This document shows positions 1-13,238 of a DNA stretch of 64,000 nt, piece after piece. Source of the stretch: Heptranchias perlo (Eukaryota); assembly GCF_035084215.1 (NCBI RefSeq), contig NC_090332.1, forward strand, positions 89,466,001 to 89,530,000, read 5' to 3'. A program made the position numbers and the translations under genes. Position 1 is the first letter of the stretch; each line of letters starts with the position of its first letter. The notes under the pieces were generated by a model. That model was not told the DNA's origin and did not search any database. It saw only the letters and a program-made list of their open reading frames with translations.

Positions 1-292
1 GCAATTGGCAAAAGAACCAGAGGCGAAATGAAGAAAAAATATTTTTACACAGCGAGTTGTGATGATCTGGAATGCGCTGCCTGAAAGGGCGGGGGAAGCA
101 GATTCAATAATAACTTTCAAAAGGGAATTGGATAAATACTTGAAGGGGAAAATTATACAGGGCTATGGGGAAAGGGCAGGGGGAATGGGACTAACTGGAC
201 AGCTCTTTCAAAGAGCACGATGGGCTCTTTATCACAGGCAGGATGGGCCGAATGGCCTCCTTCTGTGCTGTATCATTCGATGATTCTTTGAT
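1..292 (+). mobile_element. CR1 LINE 3' fragment
   Basis: ORF2 C-terminus IWNALPE...FKRELDKYLK...GYG, then the GGGCCGAATGGCCTCCTTCTGTGCTG 3' UTR and an ATGATT-type tail. Confidence 0.9.
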
Positions 293-2920
293 TTCTGTCC
301 GGTTACAATGACCACACCCCTCCCACCCCCCGGTCAACTTCAAAGTGACGCTAAAGTAACCCGCACATGTTAATGGACTATTTATAACTTCCTTAGGAAA
401 TAATAGGATTGATATCTTCGGCCGTACTGAGTTAGGGAGAGTTAAACATTTTGAAAGTCTGTGTAGTCCTCCTCCCATAAAAATATGGGAGGAACACTGT
501 CTCTTTAAGTAACCTTCCACGCTTGAGACTTAACTGAGTTAGCATCCCTGCCTGACAGTCTTCCGTTGGATCTCCCTGACATTAAATGAAAAATAAATAA
601 GACAAACTCTTTTTCTGTTTGAATGATAAGTGGATTAGCCAGTCTTTCCATGACGGAGACTCAATCCTAATCAAATTGCGCTCAGCCCTAAAGCTGGGGA
701 TGAGGGGGAGGGGAGGGAGGGTCAAAGAGACAGTTTAGTTTAATGTTGCCTTTTCTGTCTGAAATATATGGCATTTAAATAACAGAGGGAGGCAGTTCTG
801 AAATTATAGCAGAACATATTGTCACCATTGTAACCAGCCCACTCTGCCTTGAGCTACCAATTACTCCCCAGTCACCAGTTTTTTTCCTCTCAGATTGATC
901 TCTTCCCGCTTGAGGCTGTATCACACCCATGACTCTGAAGTGTCCCTTGTGGCCCCATTGGCTAATTAAGAGCAAAAACCATCTCCCGATGAAATAATGC
1001 CACCACTGAAATGGATTTGCACAGTTTTTAATTCTTAATCAGACTGGCAGGGATTCTATCCTCACACTGCCGTATTAAGGGAAAGAAGAGCTCCATAAGC
1101 AGCAATTAATGATGATGAAGGGGGGGAGCACAATTCAAAGCATATTGCTGTGACATTTTTATCTGAGTAAATGAGTTCACTAAGCACGCCAGCTGCATAT
1201 GCTCCTTGTCAGTTAGTGTTTGGACAGCAACACATCAGCTAACCGAAGGCGTACAGTATCAGAAGGTGCTGAATTTAATAAGTAATTTTGACATCGGTGT
1301 GAAATGAGCAAATCAGCAGTATGAAGAATGTGTTCTCACTCTGAGCAGACAGGCGGACATTCTAAGTATGTGAGGTGACACTAATCAGCAGGAAAAATGA
1401 GGAGAATTGTAACTGGAAGGAAAAAAAAGCCATACAATAGCTGGAGCGAAACTGTGGGCAGCTCCTTGTGTCTGTCGATAAAAAGATTAAATTACAAAAT
1501 GCATGAAGTGTATTTTTTTTTAAATTTTCACAGTCGGAGTTATTCCATTTTCTAGGACTGTATATCATCGATGATTTCATACTTATATCAGTGGATATTG
1601 ACAATTTAATTTTTTTTTAAACTGCTGGAGGAACATCGTATAAAATCTAGGCCTAAAACTGCGCTATGTGAATAGTAGTGAACCAATACCTAATGCATTC
1701 ATATCAAAATACTTTGTTTGATATTTAAACAGAGGCGTTAACCTATTTATTTTAAATTTGCACAGTGTCATTTCAAGGCTGTAATATTTCACCATTACAC
1801 CAAATGAAAAACATGTGTTTTTTTTTAAATTAGCAACATGTACACATAATAAGCAAGTCATGAGATACTTCTACAGGAATAGTAGGACAGACTCCAATAA
1901 AGCAATGGCAGGATATCCAAAGCTGCTTTTGGATATATATGGATTGCCGATCTATGGAGATCAAGCTTAGAAATGTCATTGTGTCCTGTGCTTTTTATAC
2001 TGGAGTTGCTGAAGGCACTGGTCACCAATTTTCAGAACATCGATTCCACCTTCTATGTATCAGTGTAGTAAAGCATCTAATTGGTCCAACACTATTGGGC
2101 ACTGATGTAGAAAAAGACTCCAATCATGAAAAATAACAAATCAGTGATTTAACAGAAAAATGGCCCAGCACTAATGGTCTCAGCACTCACCTCTGTGACT
2201 TTGAGAATGTTTTTTCTGACTTGCTGTATTTTAATTCTGTGTGTTTAGTCCAGTATGGCTAATATTAAACTTTATAAGCATTCATTTAATCCAAGTGCCT
2301 GATTTTCCAAATCACAGTTGTATTCCCCCACACCACTGAATTTAACCTTTCACACTTGACCTTGGTTGTCTGACTACACCAGTTCATTACCTCTGGAGTT
2401 GTTTAGATAAACAAGTACACTGAAATGGGCATTAGAATTTGACTGCTCCTGTGATTTTTCTTTATAACACCGCTAACTTCTTAAGCATTGACTTCTGGAA
2501 GTATTTTTTCCTTTTTGTATGTGGATGGAAGATGTATTTTATATATTTTGCTTTTTACCTACAGTCAAATATTGTTATTACAAAGCTGTGGGGGCAACAG
2601 ACTAGATCTTCTTAATAGGGGCTCGTCTTATCATGGGTCGAGTTCCTCTAGTAACTATGAGGGAGTTTCTTTTGGAGCAGGGGGATAATTTGTTATAACG
2701 AGAGATTATTAATGACACAGTTTGTATTTCTCTGCAGTAGTCACTGGGCGCCAGGAGATTGGGACAGACTGGGCCGTGAAGTGTCAGTTTTCTCTTCCCC
2801 CGCTCCCCCCACTCTTTCCTCTCATCTGCTTCCTGAGAAATCTGAGAAAGACATAACTATCTTGACAAAAAACAGATTTTTTTTTTAGCTCATTTATCTA
2901 TCTTAAGAAATGTAAGAATC

Positions 2921-3188
2921 ACACACACCCACACACACGCACACACAATGCACACACATGCACACATAAAGACACACCCATCCATACACATACACAGTGC
3001 ACACATACCTATAGACTCACACATACACACAAACACACATCCATACACACACATTTGCCCACATACAGACACACACATACACACACATGCATATACACAC
3101 ATACACAAACAGACACACATTCATACACACACACAATGCACACATACATACAGACACACACATACATACACACACAAAAAACATACAT
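2921..3188. repeat. Degenerate (CA)n/(CATA)n microsatellite
   Basis: About 270 bp of interrupted CA repeats, directly visible. Confidence 0.95.
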
Positions 3189-4474
3189 GTGCTGGGAGCT
3201 GACATCGAGAAGCTCACCATTTTCCTAATATTTTTCTTACATAGTTGTCTTCTTAATTTCCAACAACTCCTAACAAATGGTGAAGGACGATATTCTGTAA
3301 CAATTTAAGGTTCAGTATTATGAAGTAAAATGAGATAGGTGACTTTAACATTTCTTTGGTTGCAACACTCGAAATTTCAGACTAAGTGTATTTATTATTT
3401 ATTTGGAGTTGAAGAATGCATCCACCATGCTTAAAGATAAATGCACACAAGGTGGTGCTTGGAGAGGGGTCCTCTGTAACACTGGCGTGATGCAAACTCT
3501 AAACACATGTTATATCGTTTCACCTCTAGTATATATTACTAATTGGAACAGGCATATTTTTAAAGAAGTGCATTTGCAGCAAATTTGATGTCAAAATAAG
3601 AACACACCACTGTTTTGACCTGTACCCACAACTTAACCCACACCTGGCTCTGCACTCCCCATTAGGCCTCATATATTTGTAGAATTCTGAACTTGAAACA
3701 GATACATAGGTAACTGTGTGTCGCTGTGTCATGTCAATATAGATTTAGTTACCTGGATACAACTAGAAATGAACTATTTAGTTTAAGACTGAGTTAAGCC
3801 CAGGAACTTGGGTTAATAAGAATATTAGACGTGAAAAAAGTTATCACTCAATAGCTCTGCTTCCATACATGCAATCGGGATAGTATCCGATTTCTGACAT
3901 TGTTTGAAGAGCTGCATGGATATTTTTAAATAATTCCATTGTAAGCAACTTCCTGGAAATCACTGAACTGAAACCAGCTCACCCCCAATAATAATTGTCC
4001 AGCTAGGCTGCTGGAAGATCTGAAGGTCTTCAATTACTTTATAATCACTGACTGCACACACTGCACTAAAGGAATCTAACGTTCTCACTATCTTACATAT
4101 CCATTACAGGAACGGTAGTTATTTTATAAGTTAATCCACTTGTATTATCACAGAATTCTAAATATCAAAGCATTTCCCATTCATTGCTACATGTAGTGTA
4201 TTCCAATTTGTGCTTTTGTTCTTGCAGGTTAATCGCTTCAGCCAGGCACAGTCGACCTGAATTTTTCTATGCAAATACTTTTACAGCCATCTACACCTAC
4301 TGTGGTTTACGACCCCTGCACTAGCTGTGTTAATATACGAGAATGGCAATACTTCTTACAATTGACTCAATCTCTGTTTCTCTTCATACTGATACTGTGA
4401 CCATTCCACAACCCTCTCTTTCTCCTTTCTTTCTTTTCTACGACGGTTCTGGCGTATTCTTTTTAGATTTTCTT

Positions 4475-4706
4475 TCATTTAACTTTTAGCTGTTTCAGCT
4501 CATTTTCATAGGTCTGCTTGATATGATAGGCTGCTTTTACAGTTTGAAATAGGCTGCTGCACAAACTATGTTGATTATAACCTCTGGTTATAAACGTTCC
4601 TCCTGCTTCCAACTGAATCTCCATTGTATTTGTTAGAAGAGCTCGAATCTTGATAAGATCAGACAATCTTAGTTTCTTGGTTGCAAAGTTCTGTGATAAC
4701 ATTTGG
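4475..4706 (-). CDS. Candidate terminal coding exon of an unidentified minus-strand gene
   Basis: Strong acceptor tttgtttttcatttacAG, with AG at 4708-4707. Phase 0 reads PNVITELCNQETKIV* (stop 4661-4659). Phase 2 reads QMLSQNFATKK...YENELKQLKVK* (stop ends 4475). No homology recognised. Confidence 0.4.
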
Positions 4707-4976
4707 CTGTAAATGAAAAACAAATGATACAAAATACACACCCACACACACCTATGGAAAAATAATTGCAGTCAGTGCTTAAGAACTTAAAGAAAATTAC
4801 AATATTAAGAAAAAAAAAGTTTGTAAAAGCAAACTCTAGTATTTAGTAGAATATACTTGTTTAACCAATCCATTCCAAGGATCATGATCAGGTAACCCAA
4901 AGGCAGCTACAAATGATAGCGAGGTGTAACTAACTGTAATTTGGAAAATCAGTTAATTTGAACGGCACAGAATGTT

Positions 4977-5111
4977 GGGGTAGATTTTGAATTTGCCAGC
5001 CAGGCGTAAAACTGACGTTACGGACCGACCGCCCGTAAGACAAGTCACCGGGCGTGTGGCTGATCCACAACATCAGCTTCACCCCCAGGCGGTAAGTTGA
5101 AAATCTTCCCC
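4977..5111. mobile_element. Harbinger-type MITE (135 bp)
   Basis: Terminal inverted repeats GGGGTAGATTTTGAATTT / AAGTTGAAAATCTTCCCC, no coding content. Confidence 0.7.
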
Positions 5112-5380
5112 ATCGTGTGATCAATCAGTTTTAGGCTAAATCACAAATAAATAAAAACACAGTGGGTCACAACCTCAAAAGATTCCCAATATAACAGAGT
5201 TTGAGAGCTGGCATTGTCCGTTAACTGGATGTCAAATGCGTCCATCTGTGTGTTAGCATATGCACAAATCTACAGAGCCTGAAGGAACTGATCTTCTGAA
5301 AGTAGGCTCCAAGGTCCAAACATACTCGTGACAAAAATACTGCATAAAACAAAACATAGTTATCCTTTTGAAATCCTCAC

Positions 5381-5450
5381 ATCGCTGACATGTGCGGAGG
5401 CAGCATTAGATGTCCTGTCACTGTTTCTATTTATGTCCCTCCTGCTATTT
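5381..5450 (-). CDS. Candidate 70-nt exon (NSRRDINRNSDRTSNAASAHVSD)
   Basis: Acceptor tgtccttcAG and donor GAT|GTGAGG. Only one frame is open (phase 2 in, phase 0 out), which fits the neighbouring candidates. Confidence 0.35.
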
Positions 5451-6045
5451 CTGAAGGACAATTTTGTAACTTGACTTATAAACCTGTGTGCATAAATATT
5501 ATAATTTTTTTTAAAAGGCCTTCCAATTGTCAGTACACAGTAGAACATCCAAATCACCCTGCCCTGATTCTACTGCCATAGATGTCCCACAGTGAGCAAC
5601 CACTGATCTTCATCCTGCTTTTTCTCACAGCTGAGGACTAATGCTTCATCATCTGTAAAGTCCAGGCCTTTCCAACTCTTTTCTTAATCAAACCCCTTCA
5701 GCATTTCCCCTTATTTTCCCTTCCCCTTTGTTCCACTACCACACTTTTATTGGAAGATGGCTGGAGATCATCTCACAACATGTCCAATGCATGCAAGCCT
5801 CTAAATCCCTAGGTCAGCTTGAACTCGGAAATCTTTTTCCAAAGTCCAAGTCGCTCTAAATTGCTGTACGCTGATCTTTAAATACACAGGAGTAACAGAG
5901 TAACAACACACAATCAGAAGATTTAAAATAGCACCATAAACGAAATTGATGAAGCTTGAGTGCTATAACAATACCACCCGAACCCTGAGATTGTGTAACT
6001 GGTTTAAATATTCCCTACGTGCATCGCTGATTCTTTTGCAATGTA

Positions 6046-6308
6046 TTCCCTCCACCATTGGCGGCCGTGCCTTCAGTTGTCTAGGCCCTAAGCTCTGGAG
6101 TTCCCTCCTTAAACCTCTCTGCCTCTCCACCTCTCTCTTTAAGACGCTCCTTAAAACCTACCTCTTTGACCAAACTTTTGGTCACCTGTCCTAATATCTC
6201 CTTATGTGGCTCGGAGTCAAATTTTGTTTGATAATCGCTCCTGTGAAGCACCTTGGGACATTTTACTACATTAAAGGCACTATATAAATGCAAGTTGTTG
6301 TTGTTGTT
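6046..6308 (+). mobile_element. L2-clade LINE 3' end
   Basis: STIGGRAFSCLGPKLWSSL...FKTLLKTYLFDQ, ending in ATATAAATGCAAGTT(GTT)n. Confidence 0.88.
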
Positions 6309-6970
6309 TACTTTCTTTTTCTTTGGTTAAGTTTGGAAATTCGTAGTGTCATTCCAGTGTATGGAACCTCTGTGGCTCTTATGCTGTTATAGTGATGATA
6401 AATTGTACAGATTACAGTCACTGTGTCATAAACGTTGGCAGAAAATGATGGACTGTTTATGAACTGAGAAACAGGTTATTCACTATAATTTATATATATG
6501 CATGCATACACATATTGTATGTATATATATCCCACATTATGCACAAACACTTAAAACACAGGCTGTGATTTGCATTCATATAAGACTTACTTTCCATTAA
6601 ATCCTACGCATTAAATTGCCAGTCCAATGTAAGGAACACTCATTATAAAGTGCTGATTGTATATTATTTACAAGGTACACATCAGTTTAATTTACTCTGT
6701 CAAAATTGGACATTTTGAAATATAGAGACAATACTATGAAGCACATTAATCAATTGAAGACTGAAGGATATTAAAAAGGAAAGACTGATAATGACTATTA
6801 TAACATCAAATTAAAGAGAGGCCATTCCACACTGCTGGTGTGATAAGATATTTGTACAACTTGTGACTCTCGCTGAATGAGACACAAAAGTCGTTTGGTG
6901 CTGGTGTGTGATATAGTTGCGACTAAGAGTTGTATAATTATCGTGTCATACTGATAACCGATAGGAGTTG

Positions 6971-7709
6971 CTTTTATATTTCAAAATATACCTAATTCAT
7001 AAAAATTTGTAAAGGTACAATTTGCACTTCAAACAATACAATACGGGTCACACAATTTGCAATGGTACATACAGTACAAATTCAACAGTCCAGGTACAAT
7101 CAATACAGTTATGCACCATGGGTTGTACATACAGTTCATGGCACCCTAGGGTGCCTCATTTCATTATAGGTTACAGATACAGTACATTGCATTACATTCA
7201 TTTATCATTTTGCATTCTGTCCAGGGGGGTTTCTCCCTGATTCCAGCCCCTCGGTATACAATGGCGGGAGGGCTCTAAACGGTGACCTTTTCCATAGACT
7301 TTGCGTAGGCTGCTCCTCGCTTCAGTGCGTCCCGCAGCACGTACTCCTGGACCTTGGAGTGCGCCAGTCGGCAACACTCGGTCGTGGACAGCTCCTTCTG
7401 CTGGAAGACCAGCAGGTTTCGGGCGGACCAAAGGGCCTCCTTCACCGAGTTGATGGTCTTCCAGCCGCGGTTGATATCCGTCTCGGCGCGCGTCCCGGGG
7501 GACAGCCCGTAGAGCACAGCGTCCTGTGTTACCGAACTGTTTGGAATGAACCGGGACAGATACCAACGCATCTCTCGCCACACCTTCTGCGCAAACGGGG
7601 CAGTCCATCAGGAGGTGGGAGACGCCACAGCCACAGCCTCGAGGGCAGCTCGCGGAGACGCTGAGGTTCCGTGCGTGTAGGAAGGACCACGCTGAGAGGG
7701 CCTGTCTAG
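6971..7709 (-). mobile_element. 5'-truncated Tx1/L1-clade non-LTR retrotransposon with TSD
   Basis: C-terminal zinc-knuckle region (HLLMDCP...VWREM...ALWSARNLLVF) followed by a 3' UTR. Flanking direct repeat CCGATAGGAG(T/A)TG at 6958-6970 and 7710-7722. Confidence 0.85.
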
Positions 7710-8456
7710 CCGATAGGAGATGTTTTTACACAACAAAAGGTTGATAAATATAATCTATAAAAGATGGTTTGTTTTTCACTGCTCCATTGGGGTATAATGC
7801 ACATCAATGTCACTATGGTAATAATCTGACATTGCTATGATGCATTTTGTGGCCTATAGACTTGGCCTCACAGTGGCAGCATCACACCTTTATTGCATAA
7901 ATATACGGAGTCACAAAGCATTAGAATTTGATTCATCTTTTCTGAAACAACTAATTAAAATATGTATATTGCGTTATTGTCAGCGTCGAGCCAAAATGCC
8001 ACTGCAGACCTTACAAGGTTTAAAAACATAATTCCCAGATTTTCAAAAGGTCCAGGGCTCTTTTTATTTATTTTTTTTTAAAAAGGAGGTTGATATTATT
8101 TAGCTCGCATTGATAATTGCATCTTGGTCATATTCAACCTGCCTGAAAATCAGTGAAGTGCTGAGGGTATAATGAAGGTGACAGGTATTCATTACAATGG
8201 AGCAATAAAACAGCAGCACTTATTGTTAACATACATAGTAAAACCAGGAGTCTTAATCAAATCACTACATTCTCCCTCAACCTTGACAATAAAATTTACA
8301 ATGCTAATTTTGCAGAACCACCAGAGTTTTCAAATTAGTGGCTAAAACATTAAAATAAACTAAGGGTAGAATTCTGAACTGGGGGCTGCCGACACTTGTG
8401 AGTTTTAGACTGTGATCTCACCCTTGAATACTTGTTTGTTGGTGACACAGCAGCCC

Positions 8457-8828
8457 ATTCGCTACTGCCCATTTTGCAACACTGCCCCTGGTGAATTTAT
8501 ACCCCACTGAGTCTAATACTATCCATTTACCCTCAATTATCCCCCGTCTTATTTTTGCTCTTGTAAATTCCTACACCTTTCTCGCTAAAGCTTTCTTTGG
8601 TCTTACTGATTCACTACTGCCCATTTTCACATCTATTAAATCTGTTTTTTTCCTTTGTAAAGCATTCCAGATAAAACACACCTCATGACTTCCATCTTAC
8701 TTTTACGCCTCTCTCCCCTTTCCCTTTGAATCTTGATTTTCTCATTCGTTTCCTTTTTGCTTCTAATTTACCTGGTTGCCCTTGCATTTCTATGTCTCAA
8801 GTTTATCTCCCTTTTAGTTAACCTTCTG
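8457..8828 (+). repeat. Copy 1 of a local direct duplication (~370 bp)
   Basis: Aligns along its length to 10192-10565, e.g. the shared CCAGATAAAACACACCTCATGACTTCCATCTTACTTTTA. Confidence 0.9.
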
Positions 8829-8949
8829 TCAGGTGTACTCTTTACTTCAACCTTTTGCTGCTTATCTATCTGTAACCACAATTCCCCTAGGTCTTGATTT
8901 CTTTCCAGTCATTTGCCTTTAACTTTGCTTCAAAGATAACCACGTTCAC

Positions 8950-9210
8950 TATTTTGAAGAAGAGCAGGGGAGTTCTCCCCGGTGTCCTGGCCAATATTTA
9001 TCCCTCAACCAACATCACTAAAAGAGATGATCTGGTCATTTATCACATTGCCGTTTGTGGGATCTTGCTGTGTATAAATTGGCTGCCACATTTCTCACAT
9101 CACAATAGTGACTACACTTCAAAAAAAGTACTTCATTGGCTCTGAAGCACTTTGGGACGTCCTAAGGTCACGAAAGGCTCTATATAAATACAAGCTCATT
9201 CTTTCTTTCT
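8950..9210 (+). mobile_element. SacSINE1-like Deu-domain SINE, 3' half
   Basis: GAAGAGCAGGGGAGTTCTCCCCGGTGTCCTGGCCAATATTTATCCCTCAACC...CTATATAAATACAAG, matching the full copy at 18.6 kb. Confidence 0.85.
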
Positions 9211-10191
9211 TTCTGTCTATTCTGCACTTCCTAATCCTCTTTAGGACAGAAATCTCCATGTAATTTCTCCTCCTCTCTTTAATTTAACCCGGGCCATTGA
9301 GAAATTTCCCACTGCTTGGGAGGCTTAAGAAAATGGATCTCTCCCAGCCGCAAACTACTTCCCCGATTTGATTAACAAACTTCTGATTTGGACTGGTCCA
9401 AGTGGGATCCGCCCTCCCCTACACTGAATGATGCCTCTGCCAATCGATCTCCGGTATCTGTCCGTCGTTTGTGGACTTCTGTTCAAATCCAAAGTTGGAT
9501 CCCACGAGCCCTCCTGGAACACAGCCATCCCACATTTAGACTTTCCATTAATCAAAGGAGGGAAGTTACCATTACAACCGGGATAAAAGGCGTAACAGGT
9601 GTGTTTTTGTCACCTGGGTGTAATTATTTCCCTGTTCATAGTCAACGGAGGAAAGGAAACCACCCCTGGAATGAACAGCCGCTGGGGAAAATTGTTTTGT
9701 CAAAGGAGGCAAGCAACTGATTATTTATGGCTTTTATTTATAGTATTACAGATCTCAAGGAAAGAAACTATCGCTAAATAAGGAAGTGTGAAAAAGGATG
9801 TGAAAAGAATTATGCCCAAGGCTACAGTCAGTCGACATTTCAGCACAGCGCTGAGAGCTGGACCCTGAAGAAGGCACGGGAGCAGATGCTGATCTTGTTT
9901 TGAATACGCTATGCTAGGGGTGTGTTAGGGTATCAGCTGAGAGGGCCGGGTGATCCATAGCGAGGTAATTGGAAGCAATGGCCTACCTATAGCAACACGA
10001 TGTTACGGGTTTGAAGATCTCAATGTCTGCTCTAAGGCTAAAGATTGGTACCCTTGAAAGGTGATGAAATGAGTCCCAGGCTGGTTAATGTTGACTGACT
10101 GCTTGGTTGTTAAATAATATTAGTGTGAGAGCAGAACATAAGAACATGAGAATGTAGGAACTGAGAAAAAGCCATTTCTGTTATTGAGCTA

Positions 10192-10565
10192 ATTCACTAC
10201 TGCCCATTTTGCACAAGGTGAATTTATACTCCACTGAGTCTAATACTATCCATTTACCCTGATAATCAAACCCCTGTCTAATGTCTGCTCTTGTAAATTC
10301 CTGTACCTTCCTCTCTAAAGCTTTCTTTGGTCTTACTGATCAGTAGCAATTTTCACAAATTTTAGCCCATCTATTAAATCTGTTTTTTCCTTTGTAAGCA
10401 TGCCAGATAAAACACACCTCATGACTTCCATCTTACTTTTATGTCTCTCTTCCATTTCCCTTTGAATCTTACTTTTCTCATCTGTCTCGTTTTTGTTTTT
10501 AATTTACCTGGGTGCCCTTGTATTTCTATGTCTCAAGTTTATCCCCCTTAATAGTTAATCTTCTG
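10192..10565 (+). repeat. Copy 2 of the local direct duplication
   Basis: Partner of 8457-8828. Preceded by a CR1-like tail (AGAACATAAGAACAT). Confidence 0.9.
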
Positions 10566-10906
10566 CATTGCAAATAGCTGGAGCATCACCCCACATCACT
10601 TGGAGTCTATTTACATAAAGCCAATAATATTGGTTTTCAGTTTGACTATTTTGAGTGCGAAAATGAGTCAAATATTTATTCTGTGTGGTTTGTGTATAGT
10701 TGACATCGTCTCAGCTAGTTTAGCTAGTTTGGGCTTGTATGTTGACCAATAGATAAATAATGCTAGTTCAGAATTTCCAGGCGTCTGGTTTAGGCATGCA
10801 GCCACAAACCTAATGACTAATGTATGCCACAGTATCTGATGTTGATTAGTCCACTGCCTAGCTTCCTTTGATTTTTCAACTCTTTCGGAACATAAGCATC
10901 AATTAC

Positions 10907-10965
10907 CGGTGACAGATCGGAGTATCCAGATTATTAATTGACTCGGTTTCAGAATTTGTCAACAA
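10907..10965 (-). CDS. Candidate 59-nt exon (LLTNSETESINNLDTPICHR)
   Basis: Poly-T tract then cAGtttAG, donor CCG|GTAATT. It is coding only if the second AG is used (phase 0 in, phase 2 out). Confidence 0.25.
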
Positions 10966-11954
10966 CTAAACTGTGAAAAAAAAATTCTTTTGCCATCACA
11001 TTACATTATCCAATAAACCAGTTGATGAATTAGTTAACAGCAAGTTTGACTCCACACAAAAGGACTTTTTGGAAGAAGGGTCACCATGGTAATTTTTAAA
11101 AAATTCTCCATGAGTCAAAGCTGATGACGCTGAATTGTATCGAACGACATCTAAGCCAAACAGTGACTATGAGCAGCGATACAGTGAAGAGATTGCTGCG
11201 ACATTTTGTAAATATAGCTTTTAGTGCGGAACACTCCTTTTATTGCCACTTGCAGTTTGCCCACCAAATAAGCGGCAGTAAGTGGGAGATGAAAATGACA
11301 GAGTTTCACTTCAGCAAGATGTCGTTTTCCTCAGTCAAGTCTTCAAAATGAGCCACCTTGCAACTAAATTGCTAGGAGATTTGGACAATCTTTTATAGAG
11401 ACAGCGGGCTCAATTTTAAAATCAAATTGCGGGTGCGTTGGGGGCAGGGTGGGTGGCGGGGGGGGCTGCGAAAATGGCGAAAATCCCGAGCGGGTTCGGA
11501 AGCCGGCTCCAACCCACCGACTTCCAGGGGTCGCCACAGACGCGCCTGTGTGCGTGGGCCTCACGAGTCCAGAAGTCCCTCCGGCAATTAAAGCCGGTTG
11601 GACGACACTGAAAACACTTACTGACATAGTTGATATTGTTTAAGTCGTTAATTTTGTGGGGATTGTGGCGGGGGTGCGATTTTAGTTCAGCCTCAGCGTG
11701 TTTCCCGTGCTGTGGGAAACGCTCCATGTTCAAGGAGACGTGTTTCAGGCAGCAGCCAGTTGGACATTTAAATCCCTGTTTGCCAGATGGGGATAAAAGG
11801 TGAGTTATTGCAGCAGGGCACTTAGGTGTCTCAGACCAACTTTTGGCTGGGAGATCTTTGTGTTTAGACTGAAAATTCTTGATTTACACTCAGAATTCTT
11901 CTGTTTACGCATATTTACCAACTTTTTGGACCCCCTCAAACTGACACCATCAGG

Positions 11955-13238
11955 ATGGGTGGGGGGGGCGCCATGGCTGCATTCACCACTACATCCCAGG
12001 GCGAGCAACATCACCATCCTCGCCAGGCACGGCTTGCACTTACGCCACTTGGCGCTCCACAACACAGTGCTGTGCCACAGGGACCTGCACAACAGGACAG
12101 AGGGCAACAACAGAGGGAGTGCTGTCGCAGGAGGCACTACCCTCGCCAAAGGGTCTACAGACCGAGGCTCAGCTTCCTCGACCTCTCTGAGGAGTAGTGG
12201 AGGCTGAGAGTGAGTCGCCAAGTGGTCGCAGACATCTGCAGCCTCCTTCCCGCCGAGCTGCTCCCGGCTGGGCCGACCGGCATCTCATTACCCGTCGCTG
12301 TTAAAGTCACCACTGCCCTCACCTCTGGATCATTCTAGGGTGCCTGGGGACATCGCCGGGGTCTCTCAGTCGTCTGCACACAAGTGCATGAGGCAGGTCG
12401 CCGGTGGCTTGTTCCACAGGGCCTCACAGTACGCCAACTTCCCCATGGACGACCTCAGCCAGACGGAGAGGGCAGTGGGATTCCACACTGTGGCTGGCTT
12501 CCCACGGGTACAGGGTGCAATTGATTGCACCCGTATAGCAATACGAGCATCTCCACACGAGCCAGGACTGTTCATCAACAGAAAGGGCTATCACTCCATC
12601 AACACTCAGCTCGTTTGTGACCACTGCAAAAGATTCCTTCACGTGTGCGCCAGATTCCCTGGCAGCTGCAATTCCTTCATTCTGAGGGAATCCAACATCC
12701 CGGGCCTCTTCCACGCACCGAATACCTTTAAGGGCTGGCTCCTCGGGGACAAGGGATACCCCCTGCACACGTGGCTCATGACAACTCTGAGGAACCCCAT
12801 CACCGAGCAACAGCGTTGATATAATGACAGCCACATCGCCACCAGGTCTACAATTGAGCAGGCTATAGGGCTGCTCAAGATGCGATTTAGGTGCCTTAAT
12901 CGTTCTGGGGAGCGCTTCAATATGCACCAGACAGAGTGGGACGCATTATAGTCGTGTGTTGTGCCCTGCAAACATGGCACAACAGAGAGGGGTGTCGCTT
13001 GAGGAGGNNNNNNNNNNNNNNNNNNNNNNNNNNNNNNNNNNNNNNNNNNNNNNNNNNNNNNNNNNNNNNNNNNNNNNNNNNNNNNNNNNNNNNNNNNNNN
13101 NNNNNNNNNNNNNNNNNNNNNNNNNNNNNNNNNNNNNNNNNNNNNNNNNNNNNNNNNNNNNNNNNNNNNNNNNNNNNAGTGGCACACCTGGCTGCTCATG
13201 AGGCCAGGGAGTCACTCATATGTGAACAGTTCTCCTAA
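11955..13238 (+). pseudogene. Harbinger DDE transposase (HARBI1-like family), disrupted
   Basis: Motifs RVYRPRLSFLDLSEE, GDIAGVSQSSAHKC, GFPRVQGAIDCT, NRKGYHSIN, WLLGDKGYPL and TIEQAIGLLKMRFRCL. In-frame stops end at 12197 and 12819, with frameshifts and an N gap. Confidence 0.93.
13008..13177. other. Assembly gap (170 N)
   Basis: Run of N directly after GAGGAGG in the transposase C-terminal region. Confidence 1.

Noticed and set aside
300-1400. Conserved enhancer (repeat-free, TAATTA and TGACAG motifs)
   Set aside because: Such short motifs are expected by chance, and conservation cannot be judged without alignments.
2890-3308. His/Thr- or Cys/Val-rich ORFs
   Set aside because: Translations of the CA microsatellite.
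4228-4323. Plus-strand exon after the strong acceptor tgcttttgttcttgcAG
   Set aside because: Short frames, no partner exons and no recognisable product.
8457-10565. LTR pair of a small retroelement
   Set aside because: No TG...CA ends or TSD. The interval holds only a SINE and other relics.
11955-13238. Domesticated host gene HARBI1
   Set aside because: In-frame stops, frameshifts, TIRs and a linked Myb ORF indicate a transposon copy.
12639-13238. ORFs spanning the N run
   Set aside because: Their length is an artefact of the assembly gap.
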